This document shows, piece by piece, positions 9,501 to 19,520 of a stretch of DNA of 64,000 nucleotides (within the stretch, counting starts at the first letter, position 1; every line of letters starts with the position of its first letter). This DNA comes from an uncultured Candidatus Saccharibacteria bacterium. GTDB lineage: Bacteria; Patescibacteriota; Minisyncoccia; Ryanbacterales; GWA2-47-10b. The notes under the pieces are model-generated. The model was not told the origin of the DNA, did no database searches, and saw nothing but the letters and a program-made list of their open reading frames with translations. The translations under genes were made by a program, and so were the position numbers. The DNA lies in assembly GCA_964356915.1 (NCBI GenBank), contig CAYHJF010000001.1, positions 215,011-279,010 on the forward strand, written 5' to 3'.

Positions 9501-9947
9501 ATGCAGATGAAGACAAAAACAGCAAAAGAAACAAGACAAATTGCGGAAATATTTGCCGCAACAATCAAAGATTCGCCATTTGATCCACACTCAGCTCTCA
9601 TTATCGCACTTGAAGGAGAGCTCGGCGCAGGAAAGACAACATTTACTCAATCCCTTGCGCGTTTTTTGGGAGTGCGAAGATCTGTGCAGTCTCCAACTTT
9701 TGTACTCATGAAGCGTTATCCAATAAAAACAAAGTCTTTTAAAAATTTATGGCACGTTGATTGCTACCGCGTTGAGTCATTACGAGAGCTGGAGGTTTTG
9801 GGTTTTCGCGATATTCTTCGTGACCCTGATAATATTATATGTATTGAATGGGCAGATAAAATTTCCGCCATGCTCCCGAAGAATCGAATCACGATTAAAT
9901 TCGACCATGAGGGAGAGCAAGAGCGAAGTATCAGATTTTCAATATGA
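9501..9947 (+). CDS. tsaE: tRNA threonylcarbamoyladenosine biosynthesis ATPase TsaE
   Basis: GELGAGKTTF, VQSPTFVL, HVDCYR, IEWAD; exact start uncertain. Confidence 0.95.
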   Translation: MQMKTKTAKETRQIAEIFAATIKDSPFDPHSALIIALEGELGAGKTTFTQSLARFLGVRRSVQSPTFVLMKRYPIKTKSFKNLWHVDCYRVESLRELEVLGFRDILRDPDNIICIEWADKISAMLPKNRITIKFDHEGEQERSIRFSI

Positions 9948-12508
9948 AAAAAACTCTGATTATTCTTGATACTCACGCGTTAATTCACCGTTCATATCAC
10001 GCGATACCTTCGTTCACTTCACCGTCAGGGGAGCCTATGGGTGCGGTGTATGGCGTTTCCGCGGTGCTTTTGAAGCTTGTGCGCGAACTTAAGCCGACTC
10101 ACCTTGCGGCTGCATTTGATCGAGAGGAACCAACGTTTCGCCATGTTGCGTATGAAAACTATAAGGCAACGCGACAGGAGACAAAGTCAGATCTTGTCCC
10201 TCAATTTGATAAGACGAAAGAGTTATTTCGCGCGCTTGGTGTTCCTATGTTTGAGGTCGCAGGATTTGAGGCGGATGACATCATCGGAACGCTCATAGAG
10301 CGATTTCGAAAAGAGAAAGACATTTCAATGATTATTGCATCAGGAGATATGGATACGCTCCAACTCGTTGAAAAAAAGAAAGTCCAGGTTTACACCCTTC
10401 GGAAGGGTATCGATGATACGATTTTATACGATGAGGATAAGGTGAATGAGCGTTTCGGATTTTCTCCCGAACACGTTATTGATTTCAAGGGGCTCAAAGG
10501 AGATCCGTCAGACAATATCATTGGAGTAAAAGGTATTGGAGAGAAGACCGCGACTCAGCTTATTCTGCACTACGGATCGATCGAGGAGATGTATGAGAAG
10601 TTGAAGAAAGAGAAAAAACATCCTACATGGCTAAAGGATCGTATCGTGACATTACTTCTTGAAAATGAGGAAGAGGCTCTTTTTTCAAAGGAGCTTGCTA
10701 CGATCCGGCGAGATGCACCCGTGACCCCAACGCTCGATGAGCTTGTCTTTGCAGGGATCCCCACAGAACAAGCAGCAACGATATTTCGAAAATTTCATTT
10801 TCAAAGTCTTATCTCGCGCCTTCCGAAAGAAGAGGGGCAGCAGGGGACTTTATTAAAGGAGCCGGAAGAGATCCTTGTAGGTTCAATAGAAGAAATAGAG
10901 CGTTTAAGCGCACTAAAAGATAAGATGGTCGTATGGTCGAGTGAAGAAAATATCTCTTTTAGTGTTGGGGAAAAAGAAGTTCTTTACCCGCGCTCTGAAG
11001 TCACGGTAAATCGCGAGCGTTTTAACAGTATCTTTCAGAGGAGATTGGATACGGTGACCGATGACGCAAAATCTCTTTTTCATATTTTTGGTTTTTCATT
11101 TCCAATCGCGTTTGATATTAAGATTGCTCTCTGGATTTTAAATCCTGAAGAAAGAAGATTTTCCCTTGAAGATACGATACGCGATCATTTGCCATCGAAT
11201 ATTATAAATGCGGCAGATGGAGTAAGGATGCTTGAGGGCAAATTTCGTGCACGGCTAGAAAAAGAATCACTCGCGTCAGTATACTTTTCTCTTGAACTTC
11301 CACTTATTCCAATTTTATATATGCTCGAGCGACAAGGAATTTTAGTTGACGCTCTACATCTTGGAAAACTAAAAAAAGTAATTGAGAAAGAAATTGGAGC
11401 GCTTGAGAAAAATATATGGAAACATGCCGGTGAGCATTTTGATATAAGTTCGCCAAAGCAGTTGGGAGTTATTCTTTTCGAGCGTCTTGGGCTTTCAACA
11501 AAGGGCATTAAAAAAACCTCAACGAAAAGCATCTCAACGCAAGCGTCTGAGTTAATAAAATTACGAGAAGCACATCCAATCATTGAAGAAATTTTGACAT
11601 ATCGAGAGCTCTCAAAAATATCTTCTACATACGTTGAGGTCTTGCCGACGATGATAGGACAGGATGGGCGGGTGCATACGACATTTCATCAAACGGGTAC
11701 AACAACGGGTAGGCTCTCTTCGAGCGATCCAAATTTACAAAATATTCCTATTCGTACGGAGCTCGGTAGAGATGTGAGGCGAGCATTTATTGCCGAACAG
11801 GGGTTTGAGCTTGTTTCGTTTGATTACTCTCAGCTCGAACTTCGTATTGCAGCGGCACTGTCGGGAGATAAAAAGCTTATTGCGGCATTTCAGGCGCACG
11901 AAGACATTCATACGCGTACCGCCGCCGAGATATTTCATGTTGAGGCCGGGGAAGTAACAAAAGAAATGCGTCGGCGTGCCAAGACTATTAATTTCGGAAT
12001 TCTTTACGGCATGGGCGCTCGCGCTCTCGCACAAGGCATGAAAGTCTCGTTTGATGAGGCTGATAAATATTTGAAGGAGTATTTGCGTGAGTTTCAAGGG
12101 ATACAGACCTATCGGGAGCGTATCGTCGAGGAGGGGAGTAAAGAGGGTTTTGTTTCAACGCTTTTTGGTAGAAAGAGGTATCTTCCAAATCTTCGCTCGC
12201 GATTTGAATATGTGCGCGCAGAGGCTGAGCGAATGGCAATGAACGCTCCAATCCAAGGAACAGAGGCCGATCTTTTAAAACGGGCGACGATTCGAATTTT
12301 TCAAGAGTGCGGGGTCGGAGAAAATGGAGGGAGCGTACGGATGCTTTTGCAGGTACACGACGAGTTGTTGTTTGAGGTGCGCGAAGATTTACTCCATGAT
12401 ACTGCGTTGAAGGTGAAGAAAATTATGGAAGATGTTCCAGAGCTCGAAGTTCCGATCGTTGTTGATATAAAGCACGGAAAGAATTGGCAAGATACAACCA
12501 TGATATAA
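9944..12508 (+). CDS. polA: DNA polymerase I
   Basis: 5'-3' exonuclease motifs (EADDIIGT, GDPSDNI), TGRLSSSDPNLQNIP, DYSQLELR, AKTINFGILYG, QVHDEL. Confidence 0.97.
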   Translation: MKKTLIILDTHALIHRSYHAIPSFTSPSGEPMGAVYGVSAVLLKLVRELKPTHLAAAFDREEPTFRHVAYENYKATRQETKSDLVPQFDKTKELFRALGVPMFEVAGFEADDIIGTLIERFRKEKDISMIIASGDMDTLQLVEKKKVQVYTLRKGIDDTILYDEDKVNERFGFSPEHVIDFKGLKGDPSDNIIGVKGIGEKTATQLILHYGSIEEMYEKLKKEKKHPTWLKDRIVTLLLENEEEALFSKELATIRRDAPVTPTLDELVFAGIPTEQAATIFRKFHFQSLISRLPKEEGQQGTLLKEPEEILVGSIEEIERLSALKDKMVVWSSEENISFSVGEKEVLYPRSEVTVNRERFNSIFQRRLDTVTDDAKSLFHIFGFSFPIAFDIKIALWILNPEERRFSLEDTIRDHLPSNIINAADGVRMLEGKFRARLEKESLASVYFSLELPLIPILYMLERQGILVDALHLGKLKKVIEKEIGALEKNIWKHAGEHFDISSPKQLGVILFERLGLSTKGIKKTSTKSISTQASELIKLREAHPIIEEILTYRELSKISSTYVEVLPTMIGQDGRVHTTFHQTGTTTGRLSSSDPNLQNIPIRTELGRDVRRAFIAEQGFELVSFDYSQLELRIAAALSGDKKLIAAFQAHEDIHTRTAAEIFHVEAGEVTKEMRRRAKTINFGILYGMGARALAQGMKVSFDEADKYLKEYLREFQGIQTYRERIVEEGSKEGFVSTLFGRKRYLPNLRSRFEYVRAEAERMAMNAPIQGTEADLLKRATIRIFQECGVGENGGSVRMLLQVHDELLFEVREDLLHDTALKVKKIMEDVPELEVPIVVDIKHGKNWQDTTMI

Positions 12509-12518
12509 TATAGATAGT

Positions 12519-13673
12519 ATGAAGTTGAAGATTCGCCATACGCTTTTCTTTCGTTTTTTTTGGACATTGGTGTTACTTGGCGTTATGCCGATGGCAATCT
12601 CCGCATTTTTTCTTGTCGCCACGTATCAGTCTCGTATTGCAGATAAAGTAAGTAGCGGGGTTGCTGATGAATTATTAAGAAATGCGAGTATTCAATTTTT
12701 TCTCATCTTTCTTTTTGTATTGATCATCGCTACTTTTTCTGCGTTTATTGTCTCTCGGAATATTTCACGACCACTTCGCACGCTTACGGAAGCAGCGCGT
12801 CTTATTGGTGAAGGAAATCTTAATATCCAGATTAAAGTTTCGCGCCGAGATGAAATTGGTAATCTCGGATCTTTTTTTAATGAAATGGCCGGCAATTTAA
12901 AGGAGGTGCAAGAGCGACAGGCGGAGATATCTCGGCTAAAGTCAGAGTTTATCACGGTCGCGGCTCACCAGCTCCGTACGCCACTTTCTATTATGAAGTG
13001 GTCGCATCATACAATCCTTGATGGCGATGTAGGTAAGGTGCCCATAAAACAGCGCGAGCTTATTGAGAAAGCAGAGGTCGCAAATGAGTCGATGATCAGG
13101 CTCGTACATAATCTTTTGGATGCAGCACGTATTGAAGAAGGACGATTTGGTTATAAGTTTGATTCTATGGATGTGCGCGCATTTCTTCATGAACTTGTCG
13201 ATGAAAAGAAGATTTTTGCTGAGAATAAAAATACAAAACTCGAGCTTAAAGATTCCACGTCAGGACCCGTTGAAATATCAGGAGATAAAGAGCGCTTAGC
13301 CATGGCGGTTGGTAATATTATTGATAATGCTGTTCGGTATACACCACCAAACGGTACCGTAAGTGTTTCGCTCGAATATGATGATGCGAAGCTACGCATT
13401 ACGATTCATGATAATGGAGCCGGGATTCCTCAAAAAGACCAAGAGAAGCTTTTTACAAAATTTTATCGCGCGCAAAGTACGATGCACGTTGAAACTGAAG
13501 GAACGGGATTAGGTCTTTTTATCGCGAAGAATGTCGTAGAGGGGCATAATGGCTCGATTTGGTTTGAGTCTCACGAAGGGCAGGGAACTTCATTTTTCAT
13601 TTCCTTGCCTGCCAAGGGGTCTTTGCAGGCCGCAGTCAATAAGTCGTATGATACGTTTGTGAAAAATATCTAG
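12519..13673 (+). CDS. HAMP-domain sensor histidine kinase
   Basis: Two TM, HAMP (DEIGNLG), H-box AHQLRTP, N-box NIIDNAVRY, G-box GTGLGL. Confidence 0.95.
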   Translation: MKLKIRHTLFFRFFWTLVLLGVMPMAISAFFLVATYQSRIADKVSSGVADELLRNASIQFFLIFLFVLIIATFSAFIVSRNISRPLRTLTEAARLIGEGNLNIQIKVSRRDEIGNLGSFFNEMAGNLKEVQERQAEISRLKSEFITVAAHQLRTPLSIMKWSHHTILDGDVGKVPIKQRELIEKAEVANESMIRLVHNLLDAARIEEGRFGYKFDSMDVRAFLHELVDEKKIFAENKNTKLELKDSTSGPVEISGDKERLAMAVGNIIDNAVRYTPPNGTVSVSLEYDDAKLRITIHDNGAGIPQKDQEKLFTKFYRAQSTMHVETEGTGLGLFIAKNVVEGHNGSIWFESHEGQGTSFFISLPAKGSLQAAVNKSYDTFVKNI

Positions 13674-13693
13674 GATGGTACAATGGGAGCGTT

Positions 13694-14134
13694 ATGACAG
13701 GCAAAGAAAAAAACTCATCAATTCCGATTTCGTCGCTCTTAAAGCGCAATGAAGTTAAAGTGCTTGTTGTCGAGGACGACAAATTTTTGCGCGAAATTTT
13801 AGGAGGAAAGCTTACAAAGGAGGGATACACAGTACTCGAAGCTTTAGATGGTGATCAGGGTATTGAAAAGACAAAGTCCGAGCAGCCGCATATTATTTTA
13901 CTTGATCTTGTATTACCGGGCGCTGACGGGTATGACGTTTTAGGGAGACTAAAGCAGGATCCAGAGGTAAGTAAGATTCCCGTAATTGTACTTTCAAACC
14001 TGGGGTCTCGCGAAGATATCGATCGTGCAATCGCGCTTGGCGCCCAGCAATTCATGGTAAAAGCGCATCACACGCCACAAGAAATCATTGAGGCGGTCAA
14101 GAAAATTCTTGACGAGCACTATCTGCAAAAATGA
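13694..14134 (+). CDS. Single-domain response regulator
   Basis: VLVVEDD, LLDLVLPG, VIVLSN, FMVK; follows the kinase. Confidence 0.92.
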   Translation: MTGKEKNSSIPISSLLKRNEVKVLVVEDDKFLREILGGKLTKEGYTVLEALDGDQGIEKTKSEQPHIILLDLVLPGADGYDVLGRLKQDPEVSKIPVIVLSNLGSREDIDRAIALGAQQFMVKAHHTPQEIIEAVKKILDEHYLQK

Positions 14135-15012
14135 TCTATTTGCTGTATGGAGAAGAAACGAAGCGTTCGTTAGGAATGCTTCGCGATTTTGAGCGACGAT
14201 TTCAAGCTGAGGTGCCGGTAGGAGGATGGCAGAGGTTTGATTTTAAGGACGAGATGGACCAAGAGAGGTTTTTATTGGGTGCGGGGTCTCAGGCGCTTTT
14301 TTCTCAAAAAGATTTTTATATTATTAGAAACCCATCGCACGCATCACCACGTTCCGCGCGCACGTTAGAGGAGTTGTTGCCACACTGGGCGGGCAAGGAT
14401 TCGATAGTAGTTTTTTTTGAAGAAGGAGTTCCTGAAAAAAATGAGACATTTAATTTTCTAAAACGCACCGCTTCTAAAAGTCAGGAGTTTAGTAAGCCTT
14501 CTTCAGCGCAGGCAAAAACGTGGATGGAGGGCGAACTTAAACGACGGAGCGCAGTATTAAGTGAAGATCAGAAGAGGTCCTTACTTGCACGATACGGAGG
14601 AGATTTATGGGCGCTCGAAAGCGAGCTCGACCGTGCGCTCGCCGGAGGGTCTCCGGTTTCTTTGAAGTTGACGGTAGATGAACGAGAGCTTTTCTCTCTT
14701 GGAGATCTATGGGGTCGGCGTGAGCGCGCGCAAACAGTCCTTAAATACGATATATTACTAAGATCCGGATTTCCCTCCGAACGTATGTTATGGACTATGA
14801 TGTGGCACATTAAATCTCTTTTTGCTGTTGCAACGGGTCAGACGAAGGGGATGAATCCGTACGTTCTTCGGAAATCAACCGATCAAATGCGCAACTTTTC
14901 CCAAGATGAGCTATCAGATGCCTACAAAGCACTCGTGGAACTTGATGTTGATGAAAAAAGAGGAGAGCGATCACTTGAGATAGGCATGCTCCACTTTTTT
15001 CTTACTCGGTAA
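14131..15012 (+). CDS. holA: DNA polymerase III delta subunit
   Basis: MIYLLYGEE, QALFS, GDLWALESELDR, convergent with rpsT. Confidence 0.8.
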   Translation: MIYLLYGEETKRSLGMLRDFERRFQAEVPVGGWQRFDFKDEMDQERFLLGAGSQALFSQKDFYIIRNPSHASPRSARTLEELLPHWAGKDSIVVFFEEGVPEKNETFNFLKRTASKSQEFSKPSSAQAKTWMEGELKRRSAVLSEDQKRSLLARYGGDLWALESELDRALAGGSPVSLKLTVDERELFSLGDLWGRRERAQTVLKYDILLRSGFPSERMLWTMMWHIKSLFAVATGQTKGMNPYVLRKSTDQMRNFSQDELSDAYKALVELDVDEKRGERSLEIGMLHFFLTR

Positions 15013-15043
15013 AACAAAAAGCCCCTTCGAGGGCTTTTTGTTT
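15012..15043. terminator. Bidirectional terminator between holA and rpsT
   Basis: AAACAAAAAGCCC-cttcga-GGGCTTTTTGTTT. Confidence 0.85.
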
Positions 15044-15044
15044 G

Positions 15045-15308
15045 TTAGACAAGTTTTTTAAGTCTTTTGGCGATGCGAGATTTTTTTCGAGCAGCAGTAT
15101 TTTTGGTAATAAGATTTCGCTTTGCCGCTTTATCGATTACTCCCTGCACACTTGAAAGTAGTGAGAGTGCCTCAGAATTATTTTTTTCTAAAAGAGCTTT
15201 TTCAAAGCGCTTTAAGACGTCTTTCATTGATTTCTTTTGTTTGACGTTTCGGATATGGCGACGATCAGATTGACGTAACGCCTTTTCCGCTGACTTAGTA
15301 TTTGGCAT
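15045..15308 (-). CDS. rpsT: 30S ribosomal protein S20
   Basis: MPNTKSAEKALRQ...IDKAAKRNLITKNTAARKKSR. Confidence 0.96.
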   Translation of the reverse strand: MPNTKSAEKALRQSDRRHIRNVKQKKSMKDVLKRFEKALLEKNNSEALSLLSSVQGVIDKAAKRNLITKNTAARKKSRIAKRLKKLV

Positions 15309-15335
15309 AGATAGTACTGTACTACTCTTTTTTAT

Positions 15336-17309
15336 TTAGTCAAGTTTTGTATCACGTGTCGTCGAGAGCTGTTTTAAAACGTCTCTCAATTCAGCGGCGC
15401 GCTCAAAGTTGAGTTTTGATGCTTCTTGAAGCATCTCTGCTTCTACTTCTTTTTTCAGTTCTTTTATAGATCGTTTTTCTGAGGTGAGTGATTCAAGAAC
15501 CTTTTCTTTCGATACCTTTTTCATTGATGAAAACAAGGACCCACGAATTTCTTTTGAGAGGGGCGTAGGGGTAATACTATGCGCTTTATTGAATTCAATT
15601 TGATATGCACGTCGTCGCTCCGTTTCCGAAAACGCTGTTTTCATAGAGTCGGTTATACGGTCGGCATAAAAGATAACATGTCCACCGATATTTCGCGCCG
15701 CTCGTCCAATGATTTGGATGAATGTTGTTGTGTTGCGCAAAAATCCCTCCTTATCCGCATCAAGAATACAGATAAGAGAAACTTCGGGGATATCGAGCCC
15801 TTCGCGTAAGAGGTTGATGCCCACGAGTGTATCGAATTCCCCAAGACGTAGATTTTTTAAAATATCTGTTCGTTCGATAGTTTTTACTTCAGAGTGAAGC
15901 CATGCAACACGTAATCCTTTTCCCGATAAATATTCAGAGATATCTTCAGCCATGCGTTTTGTGAGCGCGATAACGAGGGTTCGCTCTCCTTTTGCTGCTC
16001 GTAGTATGATTTCTTTTTCTATATCTTTAATCTGTCCATCGGCTTTACGAATTTCCAAAGTAGGGTCGAGAAGTCCGGTAGGACGTACGAGTTGCTCAGC
16101 GACCGGACCATGAGAAAGCTCGTAGATGTTTGGAGTCGCGGACACGAAGATTCGTTGGCCTATTTTTTCTTCAAATTCTTCGAATCGGAGCGGTCGGTTG
16201 TCGATCGCTGACGGAAGACGAAATCCGTGTGCTACAAGAGTTTCTTTGCGTGCACGATCTCCCGCAAACATGCCACGTATTTGAGGAATTGTCATATGAG
16301 ATTCATCGATAAAAGTTAGAAATCCTTCCGGCATGTAATCAATGAGAGTTGATGGTGGTTCTCCCGCTGCCCGTCCTTCAAGGTGGCGGGAATAATTTTC
16401 GATGCCATTCGTATAACCAGTCTCTCGGAGCATTTGAATGTCATAACGGGTTTTTCTCAAAAGTCGATCAGCTTCGATGATTTTTTTTTCTTTACTTAGA
16501 ACCTTGAGTCGTTCGGCGAGCTCTATTTCGATTACCGAAATCGCGCGTTCAAGATTTTCTTCAGGCGTCACAAAGTGTTTTGCGGGAAAGATGGTCGCTT
16601 CCGATCGAGGCTCAAACGATGCGCCTGCGTCCCCGATGCGTTCTTGAATTTCTTCGATCTCATTTCCAAAAAATACAATTCGAATTGTTCGATCTCCTGT
16701 GGGAGGAATAACTTCGTAGAGCTCTCCTTTTTTTGACCATGTTCCTGGAGTTCGCTCGATATCATTGCGCGTATATTGTATGAGCGCAAGACGCTCTGAA
16801 AATATTTTTGGCGATAAAGTATTTCCAATTTTTATTGAGAGAGCGGACTTTAAATATTCTTGCGGGTTGCCAATTCCATAGATTGCCGATACGGAGGCGA
16901 CAATAATACAGTCATTACGCGTTAATATTGCCTGTGTTGCAGCATGACGAAGCTCATCGATGAATGCATTAATTTTTGCATCCTTTTCTATATAGGTATC
17001 TGTATTAGGGAGATAGGCCTCTGGTTGGTAGTAGTCGTAGTAAGAGACGAAGTAATGAACGGCGTTTGAGGGGAATAATTCTTTGAACTCTTCGTATAAT
17101 TGGGCCGCGAGAGTTTTATTATGGGAAAGAATAATCGCCGGGCGATTTGTTTTCGCGATAACCTGTGCCATGGTAAATGTTTTTCCCGAGCCCGTGACGC
17201 CTAAGAGAGTTTGTGCTCGTGTGCCAGAAGTAACGCCACGAACGAGGGCGTCAATAGCTTGGGGTTGGTCACCAGAGGGTGCGTATGCGCTTACAATATG
17301 AAAAGTCAT
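15336..17309 (-). CDS. uvrB: Excinuclease ABC subunit B
   Basis: GDQPQAI, GVTGSGKT, YYDYYQPEAY, DESH, GINLLREGLD. Confidence 0.98.
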   Translation of the reverse strand: MTFHIVSAYAPSGDQPQAIDALVRGVTSGTRAQTLLGVTGSGKTFTMAQVIAKTNRPAIILSHNKTLAAQLYEEFKELFPSNAVHYFVSYYDYYQPEAYLPNTDTYIEKDAKINAFIDELRHAATQAILTRNDCIIVASVSAIYGIGNPQEYLKSALSIKIGNTLSPKIFSERLALIQYTRNDIERTPGTWSKKGELYEVIPPTGDRTIRIVFFGNEIEEIQERIGDAGASFEPRSEATIFPAKHFVTPEENLERAISVIEIELAERLKVLSKEKKIIEADRLLRKTRYDIQMLRETGYTNGIENYSRHLEGRAAGEPPSTLIDYMPEGFLTFIDESHMTIPQIRGMFAGDRARKETLVAHGFRLPSAIDNRPLRFEEFEEKIGQRIFVSATPNIYELSHGPVAEQLVRPTGLLDPTLEIRKADGQIKDIEKEIILRAAKGERTLVIALTKRMAEDISEYLSGKGLRVAWLHSEVKTIERTDILKNLRLGEFDTLVGINLLREGLDIPEVSLICILDADKEGFLRNTTTFIQIIGRAARNIGGHVIFYADRITDSMKTAFSETERRRAYQIEFNKAHSITPTPLSKEIRGSLFSSMKKVSKEKVLESLTSEKRSIKELKKEVEAEMLQEASKLNFERAAELRDVLKQLSTTRDTKLD

Positions 17310-17317
17310 ACTATTTC

Positions 17318-17325
17318 ATTATAAT
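17318..17325. promoter_or_regulatory. Palindromic ATTATAAT giving a TATAAT -10 box on both strands (uvrB and ruvA)
   Basis: TATAAT lies 7 nt before the ruvA ATG (17333) and 8 nt before the uvrB ATG (17309). Confidence 0.65.
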
Positions 17326-17332
17326 GGAAAGG

Positions 17333-17908
17333 ATGATAGCACGCCTGGAGGGTAAAGTCCTTTTCCGCGGTACACGGTTTTTAATTATTGATACCCAGGG
17401 GGTTGGGTATAAGGTTTTTACGTCGCTTGAATCATTGAAACTTATCGATCCGAAAGAGCTTTCTTGTGAGTTATTTACGCATCTATACGTTCGTGAAAAT
17501 GCGCTTGAACTTTACGGGTTTGCGACTATGGCAGAACTCGAATTTTTCGAGGTGCTGATCGGAATTTCAGGCGTTGGTCCAAAGTCTGCGCTTAATATTC
17601 TTTCGGTAGTCCCGCTCGATACGTTGAAGCGTGCGATTGCAACTGGCGATACGACATATCTCACAAAAATTTCAGGTATTGGCAAAAAAACCGCGGAGAA
17701 AATTATTATTGAGCTTCGCGATAAGCTTGCGGGGATTGCTGGACCTGCGTCCGACCACAATACACTGGACGCCATTGATGCGCTGGTTTCGCTCGGGTAT
17801 TCAGAGCGAGAGGCACGATCAGCTCTCAAGGATGTTTCAGGAGATGCTGAAACGGTTGATGCAAAAATTCGAGAGGCTTTGCGATCGCTCGGTCGCTCAA
17901 CATCATGA
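17333..17908 (+). CDS. ruvA: Holliday junction DNA-binding protein RuvA
   Basis: MIARLEG, GVGYKV, LYGF, ISGVGPKSA, GIGKKTAEKIIIEL, ALVSLGY. Confidence 0.96.
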   Translation: MIARLEGKVLFRGTRFLIIDTQGVGYKVFTSLESLKLIDPKELSCELFTHLYVRENALELYGFATMAELEFFEVLIGISGVGPKSALNILSVVPLDTLKRAIATGDTTYLTKISGIGKKTAEKIIIELRDKLAGIAGPASDHNTLDAIDALVSLGYSEREARSALKDVSGDAETVDAKIREALRSLGRSTS

Positions 17909-19173
17909 GACGCTTTATCCCAAGATTTTTGCTTTCGTGGTACCACCTTGGGCTTACGTTCGCCGCCGCACTTTGGTATGGGTTTCCTTCGCGCAAACTT
18001 CTTGTTATTGGTGTTACTGGTACAAATGGAAAGACGACAACGGTCGACTTGTTACATAATATATTTTCTGAGGCTGGGCATCGTGTTGCGTCGGCCTCAT
18101 CCATTCGATTTATTGTTGGTCCTGATGAGCGAAGAAATGAGTCAAAGATGACAATGCCAGGACGATTTTTCATCCAACAGTTTCTTGCTGAAGCGGTTTC
18201 TAAGGGGTGCGATGTTGCTATTCTCGAGGTAACTTCGGAGGGAATACGTCAGCATCGCCATCGGTTTGTTGATTTTAATGTCGCCGCTATGACAAATGTG
18301 ACGCCAGAACACATCGAGTCACACGGGTCGTTCGAGAAATATTTGAAAAGTAAATTAAAACTTTTTCGTGCGACAGCACGTTCCCCAAAGTCTCATAAGG
18401 CGATCGTTGTGAATGGAGATGATCCGCATGCAGGCGATTTTATGCGACATGCATCAAAAGAAACTCTTTGGGTTTATGGTATTCGTTTTCCGTCCGCAAC
18501 ATTTTTTCATGAAGTGAAGCCATCTTCGTACACTACGGTACCTCAAGATGGTGTTCGCCTCGTACTTAAGAATCTCGATTTTCATATAAAACTTAAGGGC
18601 GAGTTCAACGTATATAATGCACTGTGTGCTATCACGATTGCGTTGTCGCAAAATGTTTCAATCCATGCCATTCGTCAGGCGCTTGAATCGTCGGGGGGTA
18701 TTCCGGGGCGACTTGAATACATTCAAAAAGAACCATTTGGGGTTGTTGTTGATTATGCGCATACACCAGATGCGTTAGAAAAAGTATATACAACGCTAAA
18801 AGCTGAGGGGCGAAAACTTATTTGTGTACTTGGTTCAACTGGTGGAGGGCGAGATACGTGGAAGCGTCCTGAAATGGGAAAGATCGCTGATAGCATGTGC
18901 GATACAATCATTCTTACGAATGAAGATCCGTATGATGAGAGGCCAGAAAAAATCATTGATGATGTACGAGCGGGGATTGTTTTAAAAAAAGTGCAAGTAG
19001 TTTTTGATCGTAAAGATGCGGTATGGGAAGGAGTGAAAGCGGCATTCCCGGGCGATACTGTTGTGATAACAGGGAAGGGATGTGAGCCGTGGATGGTTAT
19101 TGAGGGAGGAAAAAAAGTTCCATGGGATGATCGCGCTGTGGCGCGAGAGGCGCTTGAGCGTATTCGGGTGTAG
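17905..19173 (+). CDS. murE: UDP-N-acetylmuramyl-tripeptide synthetase MurE
   Basis: GVTGTNGKTTT, LEVTSEG, VDYAHTPDAL, GGGRD, TNEDP, ITGKG. Confidence 0.92.
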   Translation: MRRFIPRFLLSWYHLGLTFAAALWYGFPSRKLLVIGVTGTNGKTTTVDLLHNIFSEAGHRVASASSIRFIVGPDERRNESKMTMPGRFFIQQFLAEAVSKGCDVAILEVTSEGIRQHRHRFVDFNVAAMTNVTPEHIESHGSFEKYLKSKLKLFRATARSPKSHKAIVVNGDDPHAGDFMRHASKETLWVYGIRFPSATFFHEVKPSSYTTVPQDGVRLVLKNLDFHIKLKGEFNVYNALCAITIALSQNVSIHAIRQALESSGGIPGRLEYIQKEPFGVVVDYAHTPDALEKVYTTLKAEGRKLICVLGSTGGGRDTWKRPEMGKIADSMCDTIILTNEDPYDERPEKIIDDVRAGIVLKKVQVVFDRKDAVWEGVKAAFPGDTVVITGKGCEPWMVIEGGKKVPWDDRAVAREALERIRV

Positions 19174-19184
19174 ATAAAACAAAG

Positions 19185-19207
19185 CGGGCCCGACATTGTC
19201 GGGCCCG
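19185..19207. terminator. GC-rich inverted repeat between murE and a convergent small gene
   Basis: CGGGCCCGACA-T-TGTCGGGCCCG, with a T-rich tail on the - strand. Confidence 0.75.
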
Positions 19208-19260
19208 TGGTTATTAGCTAAGTATTTTGCCTCCCTTCTTTTTTTTGCGGAATGACGGGG

Positions 19261-19395
19261 TTAGTACCGCATTACGCCGGACTCGCGGGCGATACGTCGT
19301 CCCTCTTCGATGAGGTACAGACCGTAGATGCCGAAGGGGATGAATCCGATGATTCCCCAACGGACGAACGTTTCGAGTGTTTCGATGGTGGGCAA
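19261..19395 (-). CDS. Small single-TM protein, 44 aa (absent from ORF track)
   Basis: TTG start; MPTIETLETFVRWGIIGFIPFGIYGLYLIEEGRRIARESGVMRY; promoter TTGACA(19454-19449)-17-TATTAT(19431-19426); weak GAAGG SD. Confidence 0.6.
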   Translation of the reverse strand: MPTIETLETFVRWGIIGFIPFGIYGLYLIEEGRRIARESGVMRY

Positions 19396-19520
19396 GAGGC
19401 CTTCTTTGAAGAGCGTTATGAGGTAATAATAGCATGTTTATATAATTTTGTCAATAGTATGTCACGAACTATCGACGGATACGTTATACTAAACATATTA
19501 TCCAGTTAAGTAATAGATAT

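Noticed and set aside
8862-9590. Several overlapping ORFs (8923..9405 -, 9041..9487 +, 9146..9454 -, 9300..9590 -)
   Set aside because: Shadow frames of a GC-rich gene; only the 8995 frame has promoter, SD and lipobox
19214-19509. ORF-track calls 19214..19435 (-) and 19252..19509 (+)
   Set aside because: The first starts inside the -10 element and the second is antisense to the promoter-terminator unit; the 44-aa TM frame fits better
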